From: Candidatus Daviesbacteria bacterium RIFCSPLOWO2_01_FULL_39_23
Lineage (GTDB): Bacteria; Patescibacteriota; Microgenomatia; Daviesbacterales; UBA10151
DNA length: 64,000 bases
Assembly (NCBI GenBank): GCA_001776935.1
Contig: MFDN01000015.1
Span: 30,130 to 94,129, forward strand
Direction of reading: 5' to 3'
This document shows positions 56,144 through 64,000 of this stretch, piece by piece (position 1 is the stretch's first letter; every line of letters starts with the position of its first letter). The notes below the pieces were generated by a model. That model searched no databases and was not told the origin of the DNA. It saw only the letters and a list, made by a program, of their open reading frames with translations. The position numbers and the translations under genes are program-made.

Positions 56144-57169
56144 ATGAAGTATGACGCCCAAATTGCAGAATTTAAAAATCTTCTGCCTTCTGCGAAAAAT
56201 ATCTTAATTGCTGTACCTGCCGGAGCTGATATAGATAAACTGGCTGCAGGACTTTCCTTATTTTTAACATTTGAGACTGCGGGGAAAGAGGTTAGCATAG
56301 TTTGCGATGATAATATTTTAGTTTCTCAATCTCATCTTTTTGGGGTAGATCATGTAAGTAAAAACATTTCTCTGTCAGAGGGTGGAAATTTGACCTTAAC
56401 TTTGGAAGGCGTGGCTGCAGCGGATGGTTCGGTTCCTTCCCTTGAGAAATTAGACTGGTATGCTGAGAATAACAATTTAAATTTGGTCTTTCATGTTTTG
56501 CCCGGTCAGACTTTTCAGCCATCAAGGATCGTGCCTAAGTTTCAGGGTTCTGGTTTTAATTTAATTTTTGTAGTGGGAGCTTCTAATTTGAATGTTTTAG
56601 GAAATCTTTATTCTCAAAATCAGCAGGTTTTCTCAGGTACTCATATTGTTAATATTGATTCCTCAAGTGTAAATACCAGCTTCGGACAAACAAATGTTTT
56701 AGACACTTCGGCTTCTTCAGTTTCTGAAATCATGACAAGTTTAATTTCTGATTTGGGATACAGTTTAGATCAGGATAGCGCAAGCAATCTGTTGGCCGGT
56801 ATCTTTGATGCGACCAATAATTTGCAGAATCCCAAAATAACAGCCGACACCTATATGGCTGTTGCCAACTGTCTCAGGGTGGGAGGAAGAAAACCGTCTT
56901 CTGTTGCGGCTCAAGCTCAACCCGCCTATGATTGGAATGCGATTTCAGTGGCAGGCGGTCAAAAAACCGTACCGCAAACCCCATCTATTCCGGATTTTAT
57001 GACGCCTCCGGTTGTTGCACCTGTTTCACCGACACAGGCATCTACAGATGTAAATGATAAAAACCAAGCCTCCCCTGAGGAAAGGCCGGTTGAAGAAGGA
57101 GTAATTTCCGAGACGGTTGAACCTGAATGGCTGACCCCCAAAATCTTCAAAGGCACAAATTTAGGTTGA
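56144..57169 (+). CDS. DHH/NrnA-like protein with degenerate active site
   Basis: NrnA-like layout and position after infB; NIDSS where NIDHH is expected. Confidence 0.6.
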   Translation: MKYDAQIAEFKNLLPSAKNILIAVPAGADIDKLAAGLSLFLTFETAGKEVSIVCDDNILVSQSHLFGVDHVSKNISLSEGGNLTLTLEGVAAADGSVPSLEKLDWYAENNNLNLVFHVLPGQTFQPSRIVPKFQGSGFNLIFVVGASNLNVLGNLYSQNQQVFSGTHIVNIDSSSVNTSFGQTNVLDTSASSVSEIMTSLISDLGYSLDQDSASNLLAGIFDATNNLQNPKITADTYMAVANCLRVGGRKPSSVAAQAQPAYDWNAISVAGGQKTVPQTPSIPDFMTPPVVAPVSPTQASTDVNDKNQASPEERPVEEGVISETVEPEWLTPKIFKGTNLG

Positions 57170-57203
57170 CAAACGTCCTATAATATGTTAAAATCACAAA
57201 AAT

Positions 57204-57979
57204 ATGATTGATAGAGGTTTCGAGAAGGCACGACAACTGCCAGAAAATAATACTGCTGCCAGACAATTGGCGATCCAGGAAGCAAGAAGAAAGTTAGAAG
57301 AAGCAGGTGTGTAGATCCTGACTTGGAGGTTGGAATACAATTATCAACAGAGGAAGCTATAGAGTTTAAGGTTGCTCCAAAGGTAGATCGTCGCCAGCAA
57401 ACGTACGATCTTTTAAAACTTGTCCGAAAACCTTTAACCGAAGAAAAAGAGGTACTAAGGCGTAGTAGAGGGATAGTTTTTCTACCTGTGAACGAAAGAT
57501 CATACGCCCAGGTGGTGTCAGAGAATATAGGACATTTTCGTTCAGGCGAATTAGATTATGTCCTTGGGTATGTCGTTGGCAAGATTCAACTTATAAATTA
57601 CAAATTACCGGCAGCGATAGAAGTTGGCTTTAACCCAGAAGCTATGGTTTGGCACGGAGGAAATGGTTCACGAGCAGGTCAATTAGAAGTGATTGAAGAA
57701 TATTCCCAATCGTTACAACTTGAACTTCCTGATGCAAGAGCGATCATGCTTCCATCAACAGGATATGCGCAGGCAGATATAGCCTTTAAAAAAACAACTG
57801 GGAGAGTACTAATTGAACATTACTTTGCGAGGGCTCTAGATGATCTTTCTAATGTCCATTCTGCTAGTGTAGGTCGGTGTCATCGATCAGAGCGGTTTCA
57901 TGTCAGTGAGCTGAATGAGTGGGATCCTAGTATGTGGGTGAAAACTGTTCCCGCGGTAGTGTTTGTTAGAAATAAGTAA
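57204..57979 (+). pseudogene. Hypothetical gene apparently frameshifted at GGTGTGTAG (57306-57314)
   Basis: TTGACA(57166)-17-TAAAAT then ATG 57204; 36-codon ORF stops at 57314 while the long ORF continues in another frame. Confidence 0.6.
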
Positions 57980-58100
57980 TTGGTCAATTGGATTTTTGCA
58001 TCTAGGATAACTCTTGTATATTTTTTCCTTCTTTGTTACAATACGCCCAAGTTAAAAAGAGCAACGTCTTGGCACCGAGGTTGTTTCAGAAAGGATTACG

Positions 58101-58370
58101 ATGCCACTTGATCCAAAGATTAAGCAGAAAATAATTCAAGAATTCGCAACAAAATCTGGTGATACCGGTTCCCCTGAAGTTCAGGTAGCGCTTTTAACAG
58201 AACAAATTAAAAATTTAACAGATCATTTAAAAGAGCATCCACACGATATTCACTCAAGGCGCGGGCTTTTATCCATGGTCAATAAAAGAAGAAGACTTCT
58301 TCAATACCTGTTTAAAAAAGATAATGAAAGATACGGTGTAGTTATTGAAAAATTAGGCCTTTCCAAGTAA
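58101..58370 (+). CDS. rpsO: 30S ribosomal protein S15
   Basis: [20 protein letters not shown]. Confidence 0.97.
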   Translation: MPLDPKIKQKIIQEFATKSGDTGSPEVQVALLTEQIKNLTDHLKEHPHDIHSRRGLLSMVNKRRRLLQYLFKKDNERYGVVIEKLGLSK

Positions 58371-58411
58371 TTGGACTTTAATTTGCAGATATAGTAAAAT
58401 GTATAAGTTGA

Positions 58412-58494
58412 GAGATTTGGGGATTGCAAAGAGTTGGGTAGCTGTTAGCCAAAAGCAAATAGCTAGTTGCCTCTTCCACAGTTTCCAAATCCTC
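58412..58494 (+). promoter_or_regulatory. Long hairpin in the pnp 5' leader
   Basis: gagatttgggga/ttccaaatcctc, aagag/ctctt and tagct/agcta nested stems. Confidence 0.6.
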
Positions 58495-58530
58495 GGAGTT
58501 AAGAATCTAAATATAGATTCAAATGATTAG

Positions 58531-60849
58531 ATGAATAAAGTAATAATAAAAGAAATTGACCTTAATGGTCGCAAGCTTAAACTCGAAACAGGTAAGTTGG
58601 CTTTACAGGCTGATGCATCTGTTGTTGTCTCATGGGGCGAAACAGTTATTTTGGCAACAGTGGCAACTCAACCTTTAACAGAAGATATCGGATATTTCCC
58701 TCTCTCGGTTGAATATGTAGAAAAGCACTATGCCGGAGGGAGAATCTCATCTTCCCGGTTTATTAAAAGAGAAACAAAACCTACTGACGAAGCAGTCTTA
58801 ACCGGCAGACTGATTGACCGCTCCATCCGCCCCCTTTTTCCAAAAGAGCTTAAAAATCATGAAGTGCAGGTCATTTTAACAGTGCTTTCGATTGACCAGG
58901 CTAATGATCCTGATGTTGTTGGTCTAATCGGAGCTTCAGCCGCCTTATCTATTTCGTCTATTCCGTGGAAAGGGCCGATTGCCTGCGTGAGAGTCGGGGA
59001 GCGGGACGGAAGCTTAATGGTGAATCCGTTAGTGAGCGAGATGGAACATCTTAATATGGATCTTCTGGTTGCCTCGACTAAAGAAAAAGTTGTGATGATT
59101 GAGACTGAAGGTAAAGAGATTGCGGAAGAAATTGTTTTTAATGGGATCAAAGAGGCGCACGCTCAGTCTCAGCAAATAATTGCATTAATAGAAGATTTTA
59201 CCAAAGAAACAGGTAAAGAAAAATTTGCTGTTTCTCATTTGGCAGAAGAAATAGAAGAAGCTTTAATTGCCGAAGTCACCAAGCTGACCAAAGACAGAAT
59301 TGAAAAAGCGCTTTTTGACAGCGAACATGCCTGGCATGAGGCAACCGGGGATCAAATTAAAAAAGAACTGGCCTTGCAGTATGCGGAAACTTTAACCCCT
59401 CAAATTATTTCCGGCATTTTTGACAAAGTAGCCAAAGAAATCCTCCATGAAACAGTTTTAGAAAAAGGCAAAAGAGTGGATGGCCGAGCTATGGATGAAA
59501 TAAGACCTATCGAAATGGAAGTGGGTATTTTGCCAAGAACTCACGGCAGCGCTCTTTTTCAAAGAGGAGATACTCAAGTATTATCGGTTGCCACCTTAGG
59601 TGCACCCTCGCTCAAGCAAACTCTGGACGGCATGGAAGGCGAGAGACAAAAGAGGTTTATGCATCATTATAATATGAGCATTAATCCTTTTTCTGTGGGT
59701 GAGGTAAAAAGATTAGGCGCCCCAAACAGGCGTGATGTTGGTCATGGAGCTTTGGCTGAAAAATCGCTTACAGCTGTTATACCTGCTGAAGACCAGTTTC
59801 CGTATGCTATAAGAATAGTGTCGGAAGTTTTGGCGGCAAATGCTTCCACTTCTATGGCTTCTGTTTGTGCGGCCACTTTGGCTCTTCTTAATGCCGGTGT
59901 CCCCCTGAAAGAACCGGTTGCCGGAATTGCTTTAGGGCTTTTTTCCAATGAAAAGAAATTTCAGGTGGTTACAGATATGCGGGCTGTTGAGGATTTTTAC
60001 GGCGAGATGGATTTTAAAGTTTCAGGAACTAAAAACGGCGTGACTGCTATACAAATGGATACCAAACTTGAGGGGCTCTCATTCGAAATTATTGAAACTG
60101 CCTTGAAAATGGGTAAGGATGCAAGGCTTGAGATTCTGGAAAAAATAAACAAAGCAGTACCTTCGGCAGGTCCTTTGTCCCCGCATGCCCCAAGAGTGGA
60201 AATGCTGCATATCAAGCCGGAAGAAATTGGGCTTTTGATCGGGCCGGGCGGCAAAAATATTAACGGCATTATTGCAAAAACAGGTGCGCAAATTGATATT
60301 GAAGACGACGGAACAGTGATGGTTTCCGGGACCAACTCCGAGGGTGTGGATGCAGCAATTGCAGCAGTTGAAGGAATGTTTAAAACAGTCAATGTTGGAG
60401 ATGAATTCACCGGCAAAGTTGTTCGCCTTGCTCCTTTTGGAGCGTTTGTGGAAATTGCGCCGGGCAAAGATGGACTGGTGCATATTTCTCAAATGGCTCC
60501 GGGACATGTGGAGAGGGCGGAAGATATTGTCAGCGAAGGACAGGAAGTAAAGGTTAGAGTAACTGATGTTACTCCTGAGGGAAAGGTCGGATTATCCATG
60601 CTTTTTGGAGCAGATATAAAACCTGAATCTGAAAGCAGACCCCGTTCTAGTGGCGGATTCAGACCAAGACCTTCTTTTGGAGACTCACCTCGCTTCTCGC
60701 CTCGCGGCGGAGCAGGCAGTCCAAGACCATCAAGCGGAGGTTACAGACCAGGTGGATTTAACAGAGGTGGTTCCAGAAGTTCCGGCGGATTTGACAGGGA
60801 TCGCGGCGGCGGAAGAGATCGGGGCGGCAGAGGCGGCTTTAACCGCTAA
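58531..60849 (+). CDS. pnp: Polyribonucleotide nucleotidyltransferase
   Basis: LIDRSIRPLF, HGSALFQRGDTQ, GEMDFKV, KH and S1 domains, RGG tail. Confidence 0.97.
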   Translation: MNKVIIKEIDLNGRKLKLETGKLALQADASVVVSWGETVILATVATQPLTEDIGYFPLSVEYVEKHYAGGRISSSRFIKRETKPTDEAVLTGRLIDRSIRPLFPKELKNHEVQVILTVLSIDQANDPDVVGLIGASAALSISSIPWKGPIACVRVGERDGSLMVNPLVSEMEHLNMDLLVASTKEKVVMIETEGKEIAEEIVFNGIKEAHAQSQQIIALIEDFTKETGKEKFAVSHLAEEIEEALIAEVTKLTKDRIEKALFDSEHAWHEATGDQIKKELALQYAETLTPQIISGIFDKVAKEILHETVLEKGKRVDGRAMDEIRPIEMEVGILPRTHGSALFQRGDTQVLSVATLGAPSLKQTLDGMEGERQKRFMHHYNMSINPFSVGEVKRLGAPNRRDVGHGALAEKSLTAVIPAEDQFPYAIRIVSEVLAANASTSMASVCAATLALLNAGVPLKEPVAGIALGLFSNEKKFQVVTDMRAVEDFYGEMDFKVSGTKNGVTAIQMDTKLEGLSFEIIETALKMGKDARLEILEKINKAVPSAGPLSPHAPRVEMLHIKPEEIGLLIGPGGKNINGIIAKTGAQIDIEDDGTVMVSGTNSEGVDAAIAAVEGMFKTVNVGDEFTGKVVRLAPFGAFVEIAPGKDGLVHISQMAPGHVERAEDIVSEGQEVKVRVTDVTPEGKVGLSMLFGADIKPESESRPRSSGGFRPRPSFGDSPRFSPRGGAGSPRPSSGGYRPGGFNRGGSRSSGGFDRDRGGGRDRGGRGGFNR

Positions 60850-61017
60850 TTAATTTTTGCTTCTTCTTTATTAGGTAGTATAATTCTTATAATTGTTATT
60901 CTCATATAGCCTCAACTTAATCATTTCATGATGCGATCGCATATCATCATTATAAAGACAAAACTTGATACGATCGTGTACATTTTTGAGCAAGCTTGGT
61001 TATGCTATGATTAGGTT

Positions 61018-61572
61018 ATGCAAAAAGGGTTTATCAGCCAGCCGATAATTTTTGTTCTGCTTGGTATTTTGGTAATTTTACTGATTGCCGGCGGTGTTTA
61101 TTATTTTATCAGTTCATCTAAATTAAAGCCTCCCTCTTCTCAGGCTCCCCAAGCCTGTACTAATGAGGCTATGGTTTGTCCTGATGGATCAGCTGTAGGT
61201 AGAGTTGGTCCAAACTGTGAATTTGCCCCTTGCCCCGCAGGAAAGACAACAGACAAAATCATAACTCCTTCTAATCCTCCTGATTCCTCTAATCCTTCTA
61301 CAACTCAAGATTATCGGCTAGGTGGGTCGTTTACTGAAAAGGCAACTGAGAAAGAGATAGGATCAATAAGCAGCAGATTTGGATCTGATGTTTCTTCTGT
61401 ATCCTTACTGGAAAGTTTCCCCCTGCAGTTTCAAATCACCAGCCCTTCCCAAACCTCCTGTGAGAAAGTAAGAAAAGCCCTGGCTGGTTTAAAATTTATC
61501 CAAAGTGTTGGTGATTGCCAAAAGGTTGAATCAGGTAACTCTGATCCTAACCAATCCGTAATAAGCAATTAA
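61018..61572 (+). CDS. Exported protein with MQKGF N-terminus and Cys-rich module
   Basis: TM; ACTNEAMVCPDGSAVGRVGPNCEFAPCP. Confidence 0.7.
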   Translation: MQKGFISQPIIFVLLGILVILLIAGGVYYFISSSKLKPPSSQAPQACTNEAMVCPDGSAVGRVGPNCEFAPCPAGKTTDKIITPSNPPDSSNPSTTQDYRLGGSFTEKATEKEIGSISSRFGSDVSSVSLLESFPLQFQITSPSQTSCEKVRKALAGLKFIQSVGDCQKVESGNSDPNQSVISN

Positions 61573-61577
61573 CTTAA

Positions 61578-62192
61578 ATGAACCAAAAAGGTTTTGTGCT
61601 TTTATACATCCTAATAGGAATTTTGATTCTGATAGGAATAGCTGGTGGAGCATATTATTTATGGGCGCAAGAATACCGTCGAACGCATCCTATTGGTCCA
61701 CTACCAATAGTGGTACCTGAAAATATACCACTATCTAGGAATATTGATGAAACAGCCACCTGGAAAACATACACCAATACAGAATATGGCTTTTCAATCA
61801 AATATCCAGACTTTATTACATATAAAGAAAAACTCTTTAATGACGTGACTTTTTATTACAAAATTGATGATGAAGATATTCCGGAAAATAAATACGATTT
61901 TCCAAGCTATTTTACCAAAGGACTAGGGATTCTATTTAGAACAGGACCAGCTGAACAAGCAGCTAGTTCAGAATTACCAAACAGACCTCAGGAAAAAGTT
62001 CAAATTAACAATAGTGAGGGGGTAAGAATCAAAGATTCACTGTTTAATTATTATCTGTCTTCTAAGGGTAATGACAAATACTCTATAAGGTTAGTTTATC
62101 AAGGTCGTACTGTATACCAAACAAAAGATGAAATAGAAAAAAGATTACGTATTTATCAACAAATTCTTTCTACCTTTAAATTTCTTCCTTAA
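61578..62192 (+). CDS. Exported protein with MNQKGF N-terminus and PsbP-like domain
   Basis: TM; WKTYTNTEYGFSIKYP; QILSTFKF. Confidence 0.7.
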   Translation: MNQKGFVLLYILIGILILIGIAGGAYYLWAQEYRRTHPIGPLPIVVPENIPLSRNIDETATWKTYTNTEYGFSIKYPDFITYKEKLFNDVTFYYKIDDEDIPENKYDFPSYFTKGLGILFRTGPAEQAASSELPNRPQEKVQINNSEGVRIKDSLFNYYLSSKGNDKYSIRLVYQGRTVYQTKDEIEKRLRIYQQILSTFKFLP

Positions 62193-62240
62193 AGTATCCT
62201 CTTGGGAAACGATAGTGTTTGAGGTAGAATATACAGTGAA

Positions 62241-63278
62241 ATGGATTCTGCCCGGGCTGTTTTAGAAGAATTAAAAATAAAGGTTTCACAAGCTAGTCTC
62301 CCAAAAGAAGTAGAAGAAAAACTTTTAAATCTTTTAAAATTTACAGCTAGCGGTGCTGAAGCAGAAAGCCTGATTGGTTATGTGAATTTTGTAATTTCTT
62401 TACCCTTTGGGAAAATGTCTCAGGATATTTTGGATATAAACAGAGCTAAGCAAATTTTAGATAAAAATCATTATGGTCTGCAGTCTGTAAAAGACCGGAT
62501 TTTAGAATACTTGGCAGTAATGATTTTAAACAAAGGAAGGCCTGAGCGATCCGGCGACAGCCTGAGAGTCGAAGGACATGCGCCGATTTTGGCATTTATC
62601 GGGCTTGTGGGAACCGGTAAAACTTCTTTGGCGTATTCCATAGCAGAATCTTTGGGAAGACCTTTGGTAAGAATTCCTTTTGGAGGATTGGGAGATCCCT
62701 CTGCTTTGCGCGGGTCATCCCGTATCCGTCCTGATGCAGAACCCGGACAGATTATAAAAGCTGTACAATCTACTAAAGTTTCAAATCCTGTTATACTGTT
62801 GGATGAGATAGACAGGGCGGCAGTTGAGCATAGGGTAGATATTATGGGAGTTTTGGTGGAGCTTTTAGATCCGGCCCAAAATCAGGCTTTTACAGACCAT
62901 TACCTGGATTTTCCTTATGATTTATCGCAGGTTTTATTTATCGCAACCGCCAACAATACCGGAAATATTGCAACAGCAGTCTTAGATCGGCTCGAACCAA
63001 TAGTTATGCCCTCGTATTCAGACGAGGAGAAATTGATTATTGGTAAGAACTATTTATTACCTAAAGCCATTTCCGAAGCAGGCATCAATGGAGATTTATT
63101 AAGTATTGATGAAGCTGTGTGGCCGCAGATACTCAGACCCTTAGGATTTGATAGCGGCATCCGGTCTTTATCCCGAAGTTTGCAATCAATTTGCAGAAAA
63201 ATTGCACGAAAACAAGTTGAAGGAGGAACGGGACCATTTAGGATAACAGGAGATAATTTGCGAGAATACCTTAGTTAG
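62241..63278 (+). CDS. Lon-type AAA+ ATPase without protease domain
   Basis: LDKNHYGL, GLVGTGKT, LLDEID, LLDPAQN, TANN, DRLE; ends after the AAA module. Confidence 0.88.
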   Translation: MDSARAVLEELKIKVSQASLPKEVEEKLLNLLKFTASGAEAESLIGYVNFVISLPFGKMSQDILDINRAKQILDKNHYGLQSVKDRILEYLAVMILNKGRPERSGDSLRVEGHAPILAFIGLVGTGKTSLAYSIAESLGRPLVRIPFGGLGDPSALRGSSRIRPDAEPGQIIKAVQSTKVSNPVILLDEIDRAAVEHRVDIMGVLVELLDPAQNQAFTDHYLDFPYDLSQVLFIATANNTGNIATAVLDRLEPIVMPSYSDEEKLIIGKNYLLPKAISEAGINGDLLSIDEAVWPQILRPLGFDSGIRSLSRSLQSICRKIARKQVEGGTGPFRITGDNLREYLS

Positions 63279-63354
63279 TATTAAGTAGTATGTAGTAAGT
63301 ATTATGGGTAGAAATCATTAAAATCCTTAATACCTAATACTTGATACTTAATAC
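63276..63354. repeat. Inverted pair of 7-mer arrays between lon and rnj
   Basis: tagtattaagtagtatgtagtaagtattatggg ... ccttaatacctaatacttgatacttaatac. Confidence 0.8.
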
Positions 63355-63363
63355 AAAATATTT

Positions 63364-64000
63364 ATGAAGTCGTTTAAACCGGTTTTTAAGCCACAGTTTA
63401 ATAGCAGTCAACCGCTCAAGATTATTCCCCTTGGTGGGGTAGGTGATGTGACCAAAAATATGTATGTTTATGAGTATGGGGACGATATTATTATTGTGGA
63501 TTGCGGGGTGGGATTTCCGGATGAGGCAATGCCGGGAGTGGATTTGGTGATTCCGGATATCTCCTACCTTAGAAGTAAAATAGATAAAATCAGGGGAATT
63601 ATTATTACTCATGGACACGAGGATCATATTGGCGGCTTAGCTTATATCTGGCCGGAACTTCAGGTACCTATTTATACCCAAAAACTTACGGCAGGTTTTA
63701 TACGGGCCAAATTCACCGAACATAATTTGCCAAAAGATAAAATCATTGAAGTTAAATTTGACCAAAAATTAGATTTGGGGAATTTCAAAATTTCTTTTTA
63801 TATGGTATCCCATTCAATTCCTGATTCTATGGGAATAGTTATTAAAACTCCTCAGGGATGCGTGATTCATCAGGCAGATTTTAAGATTGACTGGACACCT
63901 GTCTCAGGTCAGGTCACAGATGTGGGGGCAGTAGCCAAGCTTGGCAGTGAAGGAGTACTGTTGCTTCTTATTGATTGTTTAAGGGTTGAGAAAGCAGGTT
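63364..64000 (+). CDS. rnj: Ribonuclease J, N-terminal part (runs off window)
   Basis: IIPLGGVGDVTKNM, DCG, THGHEDHIG, HSIPDS, DFKID. Confidence 0.95.
   Translation, partial: MKSFKPVFKPQFNSSQPLKIIPLGGVGDVTKNMYVYEYGDDIIIVDCGVGFPDEAMPGVDLVIPDISYLRSKIDKIRGIIITHGHEDHIGGLAYIWPELQVPIYTQKLTAGFIRAKFTEHNLPKDKIIEVKFDQKLDLGNFKISFYMVSHSIPDSMGIVIKTPQGCVIHQADFKIDWTPVSGQVTDVGAVAKLGSEGVLLLLIDCLRVEKAG

Noticed and set aside
60640-60846. Repetitive GC-rich 3' end of pnp
   Set aside because: Explained by a low-complexity RGG tail, common in PNPase.
63334-63627. 97-aa minus-strand ORF
   Set aside because: Antisense shadow of rnj, which is open on the plus strand from 63364.
1-64000. Alternative genetic code (TGA=Gly), prophage, or complete DGR/retron
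   Set aside because: Conserved genes are full length in code 11 and TGA is used as a stop; no phage structural, integrase or reverse transcriptase genes were seen.

Overview
AT-rich, gene-dense bacterial chromosomal segment. The gene content (short IF-2, PilN/PilO, KG|F-type secreted proteins, many orphan ORFs, start codons sitting just after -10 boxes) fits a Patescibacteria/CPR, Microgenomates-like genome; this taxonomy is inferred. Housekeeping genes include groL (partial), metG, tatD, sbcCD, pcrA/uvrD with an intein, tpiA, trxA, rpsT, murJ, lepA, hrcA-grpE-dnaK-dnaJ, nusA-infB, rpsO-pnp, an AAA-only lon and rnj (partial). Cell-envelope genes, two PIN-type toxin-antitoxin pairs and orphan ORFs lie between them. 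No rRNA, tRNA, CRISPR array, transposase or integrase was seen. The main unexplained signal is a set of very small DNA elements (GA-mismatch hairpins, perfect palindromes, 7-mer and 9-mer arrays). They occur between genes and also in frame inside at least ten conserved proteins, in different frames and orientations, and two long copies show compensatory base changes. Also notable: three diverged duplicates of gene ends next to intact genes, an intein whose central domain looks GIY-YIG-like, and several enzyme homologues with degenerate catalytic motifs.
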